This document shows, in pieces, positions 1 through 7,280 of a stretch of 34,536 nucleotides of DNA. The position numbers and the translations under genes are program-made. The notes under the pieces were generated by a model, which was not told where the DNA came from, did not search any database, and worked only from the letters and a program-made list of their open reading frames with translations. The stretch is taken from the IMG/VR virus record IMGVR_UViG_3300025652_000245, positions 1 through 34,536 of that record; one strand, 5' to 3'. The stretch comes from a virus. Its lineage: Duplodnaviria > Caudoviricetes. Every line of letters starts with the position of its first letter. The stretch's first letter is position 1.

Positions 1-140
1 GCTGCCGTTTGTTCTTCTTCTGTTCTGTGGCCGCAAATAACCGTGCAATCAAAGATTTTGATCACTTCCTCAAAAATCACGATCAAGTCAGAATGGCAAG
101 AATCCAGGTTTTCTTGTGATTGCTCACTAAAGCTGGGCAT
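1..140 (-). CDS. Endolysin, M15 (L-Ala-D-Glu peptidase-like) family, N-terminal part only; runs off the window edge
   Basis: My translation from ATG at 140: MPSFSEQSQENLDSCHSDLIVIFEEVIKIFDCTVICGHRTEEEQTA. It resembles T5-like M15 endolysin N-termini (FS..S...L..CH.DL; DC.V.CGHR..EQ). Directly follows the holin-like gene. Confidence 0.8.
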   Translation of the reverse strand, partial: MPSFSEQSQENLDSCHSDLIVIFEEVIKIFDCTVICGHRTEEEQTA

Positions 141-141
141 A

Positions 142-753
142 TTAACCTAGCTCCCTTTTAATGGTCTGCGCCTTCAATAGCAGCCTTGTCTTTTCATTTG
201 CAGTGAAAGGAACCTCAAAATGCTTGCTGATAGATAAAAACAAAAATGACATATCTTTCAACCCTATAAATACCCATAGACTGTGGGTGACATTTTCCGC
301 ACTGTAATATCGCGCAATCTGACATGCTGGCAGATCATCTGAATGCAGCTCAACATATCCACGCCTGCCAATGTCCTCAAGTAATCCAACATAATGCATG
401 TCAACTGGCAAATCAATATAGTCTGTTGCGATACTATGATCAACCCCATGACCTGCAGCCTGTATCAAGCTGACTGAATACGGCTTTCCCACTGAAGGGA
501 TGCCGCCACCATTCTTGCCAGCAAACAGCATGACCCTATCAGCACCAAGCTCGGTCATCTGCCCCATTATCTTGCCAACCTCACCAACCCGGCCAAACCC
601 GTTAATGTATTTCCTATCTGCAAACCATTGTTTTAAATAACACTGCAACCATCTAAAAAACCCTATTGATACAAGGAACGCGCCAACTGCTGCCATATTT
701 TCTGCTGTCATCGTATCTAATCCAGAAAAAGACAAACCCCAATGCGTTAACAT
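142..753 (-). CDS. Putative holin with one N-terminal TM helix and a GAF-like C-terminal domain (T4 gpT-like architecture)
   Basis: Hydrophobic AAVGAFLVSIGFFRWL followed by a GAF-like ADRVMLFAGKNGG segment; immediately upstream of the endolysin. Start uncertain (Met1, Met15 or Met20). Confidence 0.55.
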   Translation of the reverse strand: MLTHWGLSFSGLDTMTAENMAAVGAFLVSIGFFRWLQCYLKQWFADRKYINGFGRVGEVGKIMGQMTELGADRVMLFAGKNGGGIPSVGKPYSVSLIQAAGHGVDHSIATDYIDLPVDMHYVGLLEDIGRRGYVELHSDDLPACQIARYYSAENVTHSLWVFIGLKDMSFLFLSISKHFEVPFTANEKTRLLLKAQTIKRELG

Positions 754-878
754 TGAGGCTTGTTTAGTATCACATTGCTGTGATTGTCGGGTAATGGCAG
801 AATATGATAGTGCATAATAAGCGCCGCCGGTTGAATGCCAGCGGGTTGGCTGACTAATGTTTATACATTGAGGCCCCT

Positions 879-907
879 ATTGTACGTTTTTGGGCTGTTT
901 TGGTCAA
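879..907 (-). promoter_or_regulatory. sigma70 promoter upstream of the lysis (late) genes
   Basis: Minus strand TTGACC (907-902), 17 nt, TACAAT (884-879). Confidence 0.65.
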
Positions 908-930
908 TAATCCACCCCTATAACGCGACA

Positions 931-1146
931 TCATTCGTTACCTCTGGTTAAGGCTAACCTCAAGTGGCTGCTTCCGTAATCCTGAATATCACACTCCCTG
1001 ACTACATCCATGTGCTGCCTGCTGCTTGTTTTTCTGATGTCACTTTCAGCAACACTCCTATGTATATCTCCATTTAATAATCTAATGTCCCAGCTTGGCT
1101 TTTTGTTAACCCAGTGCGGGTTAAAAGCTACTGTTTTTCTCATCAT
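931..1146 (-). CDS. Hypothetical protein, 71 aa (array cassette)
   Basis: SD AGAGGT from the junction motif; ends RGNE* inside the next motif. Confidence 0.75.
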   Translation of the reverse strand: MMRKTVAFNPHWVNKKPSWDIRLLNGDIHRSVAESDIRKTSSRQHMDVVRECDIQDYGSSHLRLALTRGNE

Positions 1147-1352
1147 TCGTTACCTCTGTCTGCTCTCGCTTTGGACAAAACCGAGGCTTTAAAATCATCA
1201 CACATTTGTATTAAGGTTTTGTTTGGAATATCTTTTAATGGTATGCCAGCTTGAGGTTTCAAGCCATCTTGCTTTAATCCAGTCTCGCGACAAACTAAAA
1301 CATAGTTTGGCACTCTAAACGGTTGTAGTTCTGTTTCTATACTGGCCATCAT
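1143..1352 (-). CDS. Hypothetical protein, 69 aa (array cassette)
   Basis: ATGA-coupled to neighbours; ends RGNE*. Confidence 0.8.
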   Translation of the reverse strand: MMASIETELQPFRVPNYVLVCRETGLKQDGLKPQAGIPLKDIPNKTLIQMCDDFKASVLSKARADRGNE

Positions 1353-1561
1353 TCGTTACCTTTTCCGTTATAAAACTCAACAGCGTTTTTCAGCGCAGCA
1401 TGGGCAGCTTTTGATGTTGGGCTTTGTACAACCTGGGTGGCCACCATTAACAGTCGTTCAAAGTCATCGTTGCCGGTACTCGCTTGCTCTTTTGGTGGCC
1501 ATCCACAACGAGGTGTGCCGCAATAGCGGATTTCATTACCGCACTTACAATATTCCATCAT
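1349..1561 (-). CDS. Hypothetical protein, 70 aa, Cys-rich N-terminus (array cassette)
   Basis: CKC...C...C motif; ends KGNE*. Confidence 0.75.
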   Translation of the reverse strand: MMEYCKCGNEIRYCGTPRCGWPPKEQASTGNDDFERLLMVATQVVQSPTSKAAHAALKNAVEFYNGKGNE

Positions 1562-1575
1562 TCGTTACCTCTGGG

Positions 1576-1740
1576 TTATATGGCTCTATTTTTCTTTAAA
1601 GCCCTATCGCTGCAATCGCGCTCCAAATTTCTGCCGCATTTCCAGCATCTAGTCTCGCATTTTTCTGATTTCCGACCGCTGTCATGGCCGCAATTAGCGC
1701 AAGGCTTAAACCATCTATCGTAATCACATAATTTAGGCAT
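1576..1740 (-). CDS. Zn-ribbon-like mini-protein, 54 aa (array cassette; not in ORF track)
   Basis: My translation MPKLCDYDRWFKPCANCGHDSGRKSEKCETRCWKCGRNLERDCSDRALKKNRAI has two CxxC pairs; SD from the junction motif. Confidence 0.75.
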   Translation of the reverse strand: MPKLCDYDRWFKPCANCGHDSGRKSEKCETRCWKCGRNLERDCSDRALKKNRAI

Positions 1741-1755
1741 CTTAATACCTCTGGG

Positions 1756-1944
1756 TTATTCCAAACCAATATATTTAAGCTGGTGGTTCATGCAAAGGTC
1801 AATAATCCCGGTAGCAGGGACAACAACCACAACATAGGGACGGCCATCAGCTCCTTGCACATAACCGTCAACATACCCAATGTCTCCCTTCTTCAGCTCT
1901 GCCTGATAAACATCTTGTAAGACTTCTACGTTAGTTTTCATCAT
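1756..1944 (-). CDS. Hypothetical protein, 62 aa, SH3-like beta pattern (array cassette)
   Basis: LKKGDIGYVDGY...PYVVVV pattern; junction motif at both ends. Confidence 0.75.
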   Translation of the reverse strand: MMKTNVEVLQDVYQAELKKGDIGYVDGYVQGADGRPYVVVVVPATGIIDLCMNHQLKYIGLE

Positions 1945-1958
1945 TCTTTACCTCTGAA

Positions 1959-2165
1959 TTATAATCGACCCCATATCTGATCATCTGCCTCGGTATACCT
2001 TTGGTCTCTTTCCTGCTCCTGCTTTTCTTCAGCTAAAAGCTGTCCTTTATGCTCGTCACAGCTATACTTAATGACAACACCAGAATTAACATACCCGGCT
2101 CTAGTAGTTTTAGGCTCACAATAACTACACCAATGGCCTAACTGTTTTTGTTTAAGTTTTTTCAT
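1959..2165 (-). CDS. Hypothetical protein, 68 aa, CxxC...CxxH Zn finger (array cassette)
   Basis: WCSYC...SCDEH; junction motif at both ends. Confidence 0.75.
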   Translation of the reverse strand: MKKLKQKQLGHWCSYCEPKTTRAGYVNSGVVIKYSCDEHKGQLLAEEKQEQERDQRYTEADDQIWGRL

Positions 2166-2467
2166 TCGTTACCTCTGGGTTGTGGTTTGCATGGATTGAC
2201 CAAGCAAGCATCACAAAACCAGCCCTCTTTGCGGTTGTTCTGGCTCTCTGGATCAAACCCTGCATCACAAGAGAAGCAGGCAACCTTGCTGTTGTATATG
2301 CTCAAAGTGGCAAGCTGTGCGCGCGTGCCAGGGAACACCTCAGTATAACCAGCAATAGAATTGTTGAGCGCGGTGACATCAATATCAGCAGGCTCCAACC
2401 TATCAACGAGTATGTCAGACAGCGTTTTTGGCGTGTTAAGCTGTTTTTTATCCATTACTGGCCACAT
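2162..2467 (-). CDS. Hypothetical protein with C-terminal CxxC...CxxC
   Basis: CFSC...FCDAC; ends RGNE* in the first junction motif. Confidence 0.7.
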   Translation of the reverse strand: MWPVMDKKQLNTPKTLSDILVDRLEPADIDVTALNNSIAGYTEVFPGTRAQLATLSIYNSKVACFSCDAGFDPESQNNRKEGWFCDACLVNPCKPQPRGNE

Positions 2468-2652
2468 CTGGCGTTGTATTTTTCAATGGCCATGTCAGAA
2501 AGGTGCGCAATACAGCCCTCAACAACAATGGCAAATAGTTGCGGCCTGTCTCTGTGCCAGTTGGTCAACGTGTTAAGGCTGATGCCGGTCAAGTCTTTCA
2601 CTTGTGTCAGGCTTTTCAGTCCCGCCGCTTTTGCTTGTTGTGATGGTGTCAT
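2455..2652 (-). CDS. Small HTH DNA-binding protein
   Basis: SLTQVKDLTGISLNTLTNW is a Cro/Xis-like HTH pattern. Confidence 0.7.
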   Translation of the reverse strand: MTPSQQAKAAGLKSLTQVKDLTGISLNTLTNWHRDRPQLFAIVVEGCIAHLSDMAIEKYNARCGQ

Positions 2653-2774
2653 TATCCTTTTCCTTCAATTTTTAAAATTGCGGCATCTACCTGTGAAGAT
2701 GGCATACCATTTGATTCTAAATATTCCAGCGCCACATAAAGGGCTGTTAATACTTCTGATTCATCCTGAGTCAT
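2652..2774 (-). CDS. Hypothetical protein, 40 aa (not in ORF track)
   Basis: MTQDESEVLTALYVALEYLESNGMPSSQVDAAILKIEGKG; coupled to both neighbours (ATGA and TAATG). Confidence 0.6.
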   Translation of the reverse strand: MTQDESEVLTALYVALEYLESNGMPSSQVDAAILKIEGKG

Positions 2775-3475
2775 GCTAGTTTTTCCTTGATTTCTTCAAA
2801 TTTCTGCTCTGCAACATCAAGCTCTGCAATTGCTGCTTTTGAGTTTATGCGTTTTGAGTCGCTATGGTATTTGGCCGCGATTTCACAAACAATTGACCTG
2901 CCGCGACCATAAGGCATTAAGCCGTTTTCTATCGTGCGCACTATGTCCCTGCAAAAATCACCGCCTGACGCGTTTAAAGCATCAATAAAATACGCGGCAT
3001 CAATGCGGCGAACCTTACGCGCATGTAGCAGCTCATCTTGTGCAGTCTTTTGATTTAACTCCCAATCGGTTAAGCCGTCATTATTATCACGCTGACGCTG
3101 CAGTTCTACTTCTGTCGCATGGCGCTTTTCTTCGCGCTTTTTGTCGGCGCGTGCTTTACGCAAAGCCTTTTCGTGGGCTTTTTTGTCGGCATCTGCTTTG
3201 CTCAAGTTTTCCACATCGTGCAATTTGTTGAGACAATCAGTGCCTATTGCAAAGCGCATGCCGGTGGCATCAACAATAATACAGTGGTTGTTAATGCCGG
3301 TGCCGCAATGGTCGCAAGAAAAATGGCAGCACTCTGGGCGGCTACTCATTGCTAAATTATAAGCATTTGGATTGGCTTCCTGAACTGCTTTTGATGGTGC
3401 AGACCAAATGCCGACATATTTATATGGAGCAACGCCCATATTGAAACACTTGTGAATTACTACTGACCCGCTCAT
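2771..3475 (-). CDS. Hypothetical protein with Zn-binding motif and coiled coil
   Basis: CDHCGTGI...FAIGTDCL then a charged helix; GAGG SD and its own promoter. Confidence 0.8.
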   Translation of the reverse strand: MSGSVVIHKCFNMGVAPYKYVGIWSAPSKAVQEANPNAYNLAMSSRPECCHFSCDHCGTGINNHCIIVDATGMRFAIGTDCLNKLHDVENLSKADADKKAHEKALRKARADKKREEKRHATEVELQRQRDNNDGLTDWELNQKTAQDELLHARKVRRIDAAYFIDALNASGGDFCRDIVRTIENGLMPYGRGRSIVCEIAAKYHSDSKRINSKAAIAELDVAEQKFEEIKEKLA

Positions 3476-3483
3476 TTTCTTTG

Positions 3484-3555
3484 CCTCGTTTTCTCTAAGT
3501 GATGACCCATTGTAAGCAATTATTTAAAGAAAACAAGGTTTATTTGCAATTATTT
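3484..3555 (-). promoter_or_regulatory. Repeated promoter/leader cassette, copy A
   Basis: AAATAATTGCAAATAAACC, TTGTTT, 16 nt, TACAAT, then CATCACTTAGAGAAAACGAGG. Confidence 0.7.
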
Positions 3556-3747
3556 TGAAGTTTCTACCACCCCCCTGTCTACCACCTCAAACCTTACATG
3601 CTCTTTTCTTCCTGGCTTGTTAACACCCCACAACTTCGCCATCACCACTGTCCATCGACCATCAATAACTGCTTCAGAAAAACCTTGTCTGCCTTTCCAG
3701 TTCACCATGTCTTGTTGAGCGGCTTCTTTCAATTCGGTAATATTCAT
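3550..3747 (-). CDS. Hypothetical protein, 65 aa
   Basis: TAATG-coupled to the upstream ORF. Confidence 0.65.
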   Translation of the reverse strand: MNITELKEAAQQDMVNWKGRQGFSEAVIDGRWTVVMAKLWGVNKPGRKEHVRFEVVDRGVVETSK

Positions 3748-3884
3748 TATTCAACACCCACTACATCTATGCTAACCAGTCTTTTTTCTGCTACCAATTG
3801 TTTTAATGCTTCTGAGTATTCGTTGATTTTGATTTTTGTGATTTCAATTTTGCCGCTTTTGTAAATGATTTTTACGTTTAACAT
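3747..3884 (-). CDS. Hypothetical protein, 45 aa (not in ORF track)
   Basis: MLNVKIIYKSGKIEITKIKINEYSEALKQLVAEKRLVSIDVVGVE; GAGGA SD after promoter copy B. Confidence 0.65.
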   Translation of the reverse strand: MLNVKIIYKSGKIEITKIKINEYSEALKQLVAEKRLVSIDVVGVE

Positions 3885-3893
3885 TTTGTAAAT

Positions 3894-3966
3894 CCTCGTT
3901 TTCTCTAAGTGATGCAGCTATTATAACCAACTATTGGCAGAAAATAAGGTTTATTTGCAATTATTT
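3894..3966 (-). promoter_or_regulatory. Repeated promoter/leader cassette, copy B
   Basis: Same two 21-bp flanking blocks as copy A; -10 TATAAT at 3925-3920. Confidence 0.7.
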
Positions 3967-3970
3967 GTGT

Positions 3971-4282
3971 TTATTTTGGGCCAAGTAATAACCGCTTATA
4001 ATCTCTTTCCCATGCCTCATAATCTACATCATCACTGATTTTGCAGTCTGCAAATACTTTCGGCTCATCTGGTCTGCTCTTGCCTGCCGAGTTGATATAT
4101 TCAACACCGTCAGCAACTTTGATTTGACGCTTGACCACATCACCAAGAATGCGCACCCACACAAAATGCGCTGACCTTCTCTCAACAGAGAAAGCAATCA
4201 GAAATTTCTTTGGTGTGTCATAGTAGATGCGCTGGCTGTATTGCTTGCCAACTTCAAAGCAGGTCATAGTGCTGACTCTCAT
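3971..4282 (-). CDS. Hypothetical protein, 103 aa
   Basis: FEVGKQY...VERRSAHFV beta pattern seen in small phage proteins; follows promoter copy C. Confidence 0.7.
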   Translation of the reverse strand: MRVSTMTCFEVGKQYSQRIYYDTPKKFLIAFSVERRSAHFVWVRILGDVVKRQIKVADGVEYINSAGKSRPDEPKVFADCKISDDVDYEAWERDYKRLLLGPK

Positions 4283-4302
4283 TTCTTATGGCTTAAGAAT
4301 GA

Positions 4303-4340
4303 ATTATAAGCAGCTATTGAAAGAAAACAAGATTTATTTT
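4303..4340 (-). promoter_or_regulatory. Promoter, partial copy C
   Basis: AAATAAATC, TTGTTT, 16 nt, TATAAT. Confidence 0.6.
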
Positions 4341-4570
4341 GAGGGTGGTAGAATCAATTCTACCTTTCCCCACATTTCGCACATGAGTATGTCGTCACCA
4401 TCTGGGTTTAAAAAAGGCTTTCCGGCCTCGTCTAACTGATGCACCAAAACATAACCTTTTTCCTCGTCTGCAGTGACACAGTGGTTGATTTCTTTGCCGT
4501 TGAACATTACAACAGCATCATGCTTTAAATTTTTGAACCCTTCATCACTAGGCCGCACACTCATTCTCAT
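4334..4570 (-). CDS. Hypothetical protein, 78 aa
   Basis: CVTADEEKGYV...WGKVEL resembles a conserved small phage protein. Confidence 0.75.
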   Translation of the reverse strand: MRMSVRPSDEGFKNLKHDAVVMFNGKEINHCVTADEEKGYVLVHQLDEAGKPFLNPDGDDILMCEMWGKVELILPPSK

Positions 4571-4574
4571 TGGC

Positions 4575-4736
4575 TTAATCCTTGCCGCTGCAAGCTAATG
4601 CAGGGTATTTGACTTTTTGGCATTTCAGGTTGCCGCATTCTGTGCAGGGCTTATCTGGCCACACCCAATTTTTGCGCACCTTGGCTTCATCTGTTGGCCG
4701 CCTGACATCATCTTTGCCCGCCTCTGCTTGTGCCAT
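4575..4736 (-). CDS. Hypothetical protein, 53 aa (not in ORF track)
   Basis: MAQAEAGKDDVRRPTDEAKVRKNWVWPDKPCTECGNLKCQKVKYPALACSGKD; AGGTGA SD. Confidence 0.6.
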   Translation of the reverse strand: MAQAEAGKDDVRRPTDEAKVRKNWVWPDKPCTECGNLKCQKVKYPALACSGKD

Positions 4737-5017
4737 GCTGTCACCTGCCCATCTGCATTGGTTGAATTAATGCCCCTCTGTCGCCACTGGCGGGGCTACC
4801 AGCTCATATGGAATCATGGCTTGACGTTTATTCACAAAGCCACACCGAAAACTGTAAAAGTGGTTAACGGCTTTGCATGGCGAACGCCCACGCGGTGAAA
4901 CTATGTCAATCTAATCAATGAAATTGCTGTGCCAACAAAAAAACACAAGCTGCCTGCCAAATAAAGCCACAAATGTATTAATGCCATCATTCACACCTCT
5001 TTCAATATAACAAAGGT

Positions 5018-5227
5018 TTATGCTTTTTCTTCAAAGTGAACACAGCCAAAATTTGGCCCTGTATCTAACCCGCAAAACGGGTCACTTGCCACAGCAATAT
5101 CACTACTGCAACCGGGCCACCATTCGCCACCACACACGCTGCTGCTGCTGCACTGACCCATGTTACGCACAGTTAATGGTTTGGGTGCCTCCCAATACTT
5201 GCAATCTTTACATTGTCCCTGGCTCAT
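5018..5227 (-). CDS. Cys-rich hypothetical protein (CxxCxxW...GxC...FGCVHF)
   Basis: Motif in the translation; ATGA-coupled. Confidence 0.75.
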   Translation of the reverse strand: MSQGQCKDCKYWEAPKPLTVRNMGQCSSSSVCGGEWWPGCSSDIAVASDPFCGLDTGPNFGCVHFEEKA

Positions 5228-5460
5228 TCTTCACACCCTTCACAAAATGTTGGATGAAACATTGTTAGTTGATCCTCATCTGGCGGCTCTTGCATCTTGG
5301 CTATCTCTGCCAGCAACCGCGCATACTGATCTGCAACGTGTTCAACCGTCTGCTTTGGCATTGTATCGCTTGCGGCCTGTAGTGCGCTGTATAGGTATTC
5401 GTCAAGCCCCTCATGTGATAAAGCGGCATCAACAAGGCTAATCAATAGGCAGTCTTTCAT
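5224..5460 (-). CDS. Hypothetical protein
   Basis: ORF with GAAGGA SD before ATG 5460. Confidence 0.6.
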   Translation of the reverse strand: MKDCLLISLVDAALSHEGLDEYLYSALQAASDTMPKQTVEHVADQYARLLAEIAKMQEPPDEDQLTMFHPTFCEGCEE

Positions 5461-6058
5461 TTCCTTCACCTTCCAGATCAATCAATAAATCAATAAAGTG
5501 TTTTGCTTTGTTTAAATCCTGCAAGCCGCCTTTTGTGCGCCACCTTGCCACATATTTGATCACACACCCTTCAATAAAACCAATATTGTTGGCATGTATA
5601 AATTCAACGGGCTGTATCTTCATATCCTTATAATGGCCGCCACCAACCTGTGTGCCTAGTGCGCCTGATTCTTTTTCTTCCATACCTGCCTCACAATCTG
5701 TGCCTTTTTCGCACATCCACCGCCGCCCCAGCTCATCAACTTCTGCTTCAGCAATGCCAGCCTCTTTTTGTATTTTTGCCCACGCCCTATCACGCCTATC
5801 TATCTCAGCCTTGCGCTCACCCCCTTGGATGCTTTTGTCGATAATCCAATGCGGCATATTTTCCTCCTCACAATTTTCTGCAGGCATCTTGTATTCTATC
5901 AACTCCCAAGAATTTGGAGTTGAAAATGTGACCGGACCGCCTTCATCGCCTACCCATACCACACCAATTGGCTGCCCGTCTTTCAATATCGGCCTTGTGT
6001 GTTTCGTTGTGGGTATTGGGCCATTATAGTCAACATCTGGAATCTTTAACCTGTCCAT
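5438..6058 (-). CDS. DUF3310 (SaV / T7 gp1.7-like nucleotide kinase) domain protein
   Basis: C-terminal QVGGGHYKDMKIQPVEFI...GCVIKYVARWRTKGGLQDLNKAKHF. Start placed at 6058, just after the upstream stop. Confidence 0.85.
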   Translation of the reverse strand: MDRLKIPDVDYNGPIPTTKHTRPILKDGQPIGVVWVGDEGGPVTFSTPNSWELIEYKMPAENCEEENMPHWIIDKSIQGGERKAEIDRRDRAWAKIQKEAGIAEAEVDELGRRWMCEKGTDCEAGMEEKESGALGTQVGGGHYKDMKIQPVEFIHANNIGFIEGCVIKYVARWRTKGGLQDLNKAKHFIDLLIDLEGEGNERLPID

Positions 6059-6062
6059 AATA

Positions 6063-7265
6063 TCAATCTTCTCTCTGCACTGATTCGGTGTACCTGTCCG
6101 GTGGCTGATGCCCTCGATCATCCATAATAATCAACTGTGTTCCACGCTTGGAACCAAAACCGCCGCCATGTGAGTATGCGTCTTTTGGTGGGAGAATACC
6201 AACACTTTCTACAGTGCAGCCTGGATGCTCTTTAAACTGAATCCACTGGTTGTGATGAACGTGTCCTGTGAACCAATGCCGATAATCAACACGCCCCCAC
6301 ATTTCACCCTGGTCATCTGCCATTTTACCGGGCAATGATGCCAGCTTGCACATATGGCCATGACAGAAACCCAGACCAACCCTGCCACGTTCATAATACT
6401 GGAATGGGTTGTCACCTTTCTGGCACTCAAACCGCCTGTCATTCTCATATAGCTTGGGCAAGAATGCACCCATTGCGCGGCCCAATATATCATCATGGTT
6501 GCCAGGGGTGTTGATGAAATGAACTTCTTTATATTTAGCTAAACACTTGTCAATTAATTGCGTGATAATATGCACGCCAGCTTCTAGCCAGTACCCTGGC
6601 CGCCCATCAAGCTCCAACTTGTGACCGCTGCGCGTGGTTTCACCTGCAAGGTTGTCAGCGTGGAAAAAGTCGCCGCTGTTGAACAAAACACAAACATCTG
6701 TGTCTGGTGTCCTTTCAAGCAGTCGGGTGAACACCTTGTCATACACCCGCAAAGATATTGGCACATCCCAATCAACGCCAACCTCTTTGGCCCATGTTCT
6801 TAGACCAATATGCGGATCACCAACAGGAATGACTGTAAAGTGGTGTTTTTGTTTTGCGTTGCCCTTATATACAGATGGCTTTCTGGGGGTGATCTCTGCT
6901 GACATCGCTTTCACGACTACTTCAGCTTCGTCAAGTTGCTCAACAAGTTTGCGGTTTGATTTTACCCACCCAACAATTCTGCCAAGTGGGTCATCTTTTG
7001 GGTATCTTACCAGATCACTATAGCCGCTGATCAGTTGCTTTTTTGGCATGACATGGTCGCGGTGGTTGTCAGGATCAAAGCCGCGATCTTCTGCCCTGCC
7101 CTTTACTTTCCTGATAACACATCTGACATTGCCATCATCCAACCCAAGTTTTTTGGCAATGGCTGCAGACTTTTGGCCCTCCTGAACCAATTGTACAATA
7201 GCCCGCTGTTGATCTGTCGCGCAAAAATCCAACAGTGTGTGCTGTGGTGCTTCTTTGTCATCCAT
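6063..7265 (-). CDS. Calcineurin-like metallophosphoesterase with N-terminal HTH
   Basis: Motifs GDPHIG, GDFFH, GNHDD, HGH and GHVHH; N-terminal SAAIAKKLGLDDGNVR HTH. Confidence 0.85.
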   Translation of the reverse strand: MDDKEAPQHTLLDFCATDQQRAIVQLVQEGQKSAAIAKKLGLDDGNVRCVIRKVKGRAEDRGFDPDNHRDHVMPKKQLISGYSDLVRYPKDDPLGRIVGWVKSNRKLVEQLDEAEVVVKAMSAEITPRKPSVYKGNAKQKHHFTVIPVGDPHIGLRTWAKEVGVDWDVPISLRVYDKVFTRLLERTPDTDVCVLFNSGDFFHADNLAGETTRSGHKLELDGRPGYWLEAGVHIITQLIDKCLAKYKEVHFINTPGNHDDILGRAMGAFLPKLYENDRRFECQKGDNPFQYYERGRVGLGFCHGHMCKLASLPGKMADDQGEMWGRVDYRHWFTGHVHHNQWIQFKEHPGCTVESVGILPPKDAYSHGGGFGSKRGTQLIIMDDRGHQPPDRYTESVQRED

Positions 7266-7280
7266 GCAATACGGCCTTTT

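Larger units (their letters stand above)
929..2181 (-). repeat. Seven copies of a gene-junction motif, consensus TAAC(C)CAGAGGTAACGAATGATG
   Basis: Copies start on plus at about 929, 1141, 1347, 1556, 1738, 1939 and 2162 (catcattcgttacctctg and variants). Each supplies an SD and start codon for the next ORF. Confidence 0.9.

Noticed and set aside
854-934. 26-aa ORF after the last junction motif
   Set aside because: Overlaps the predicted promoter and has no recognisable features; at most a cassette remnant.
929-2181. CRISPR array interpretation of the junction repeats
   Set aside because: The spacers are ~200-bp intact ORFs, the repeat is short and non-palindromic, and there are no cas genes.
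2180-2779. 199-aa plus-strand ORF and other long antisense ORFs (e.g. 31472-32035)
   Set aside because: Antisense to well-packed, coupled genes with recognisable motifs.
4770-4910. tRNA or known ribozyme
   Set aside because: No cloverleaf or T-loop, and no hammerhead, twister or pistol core recognised by eye.
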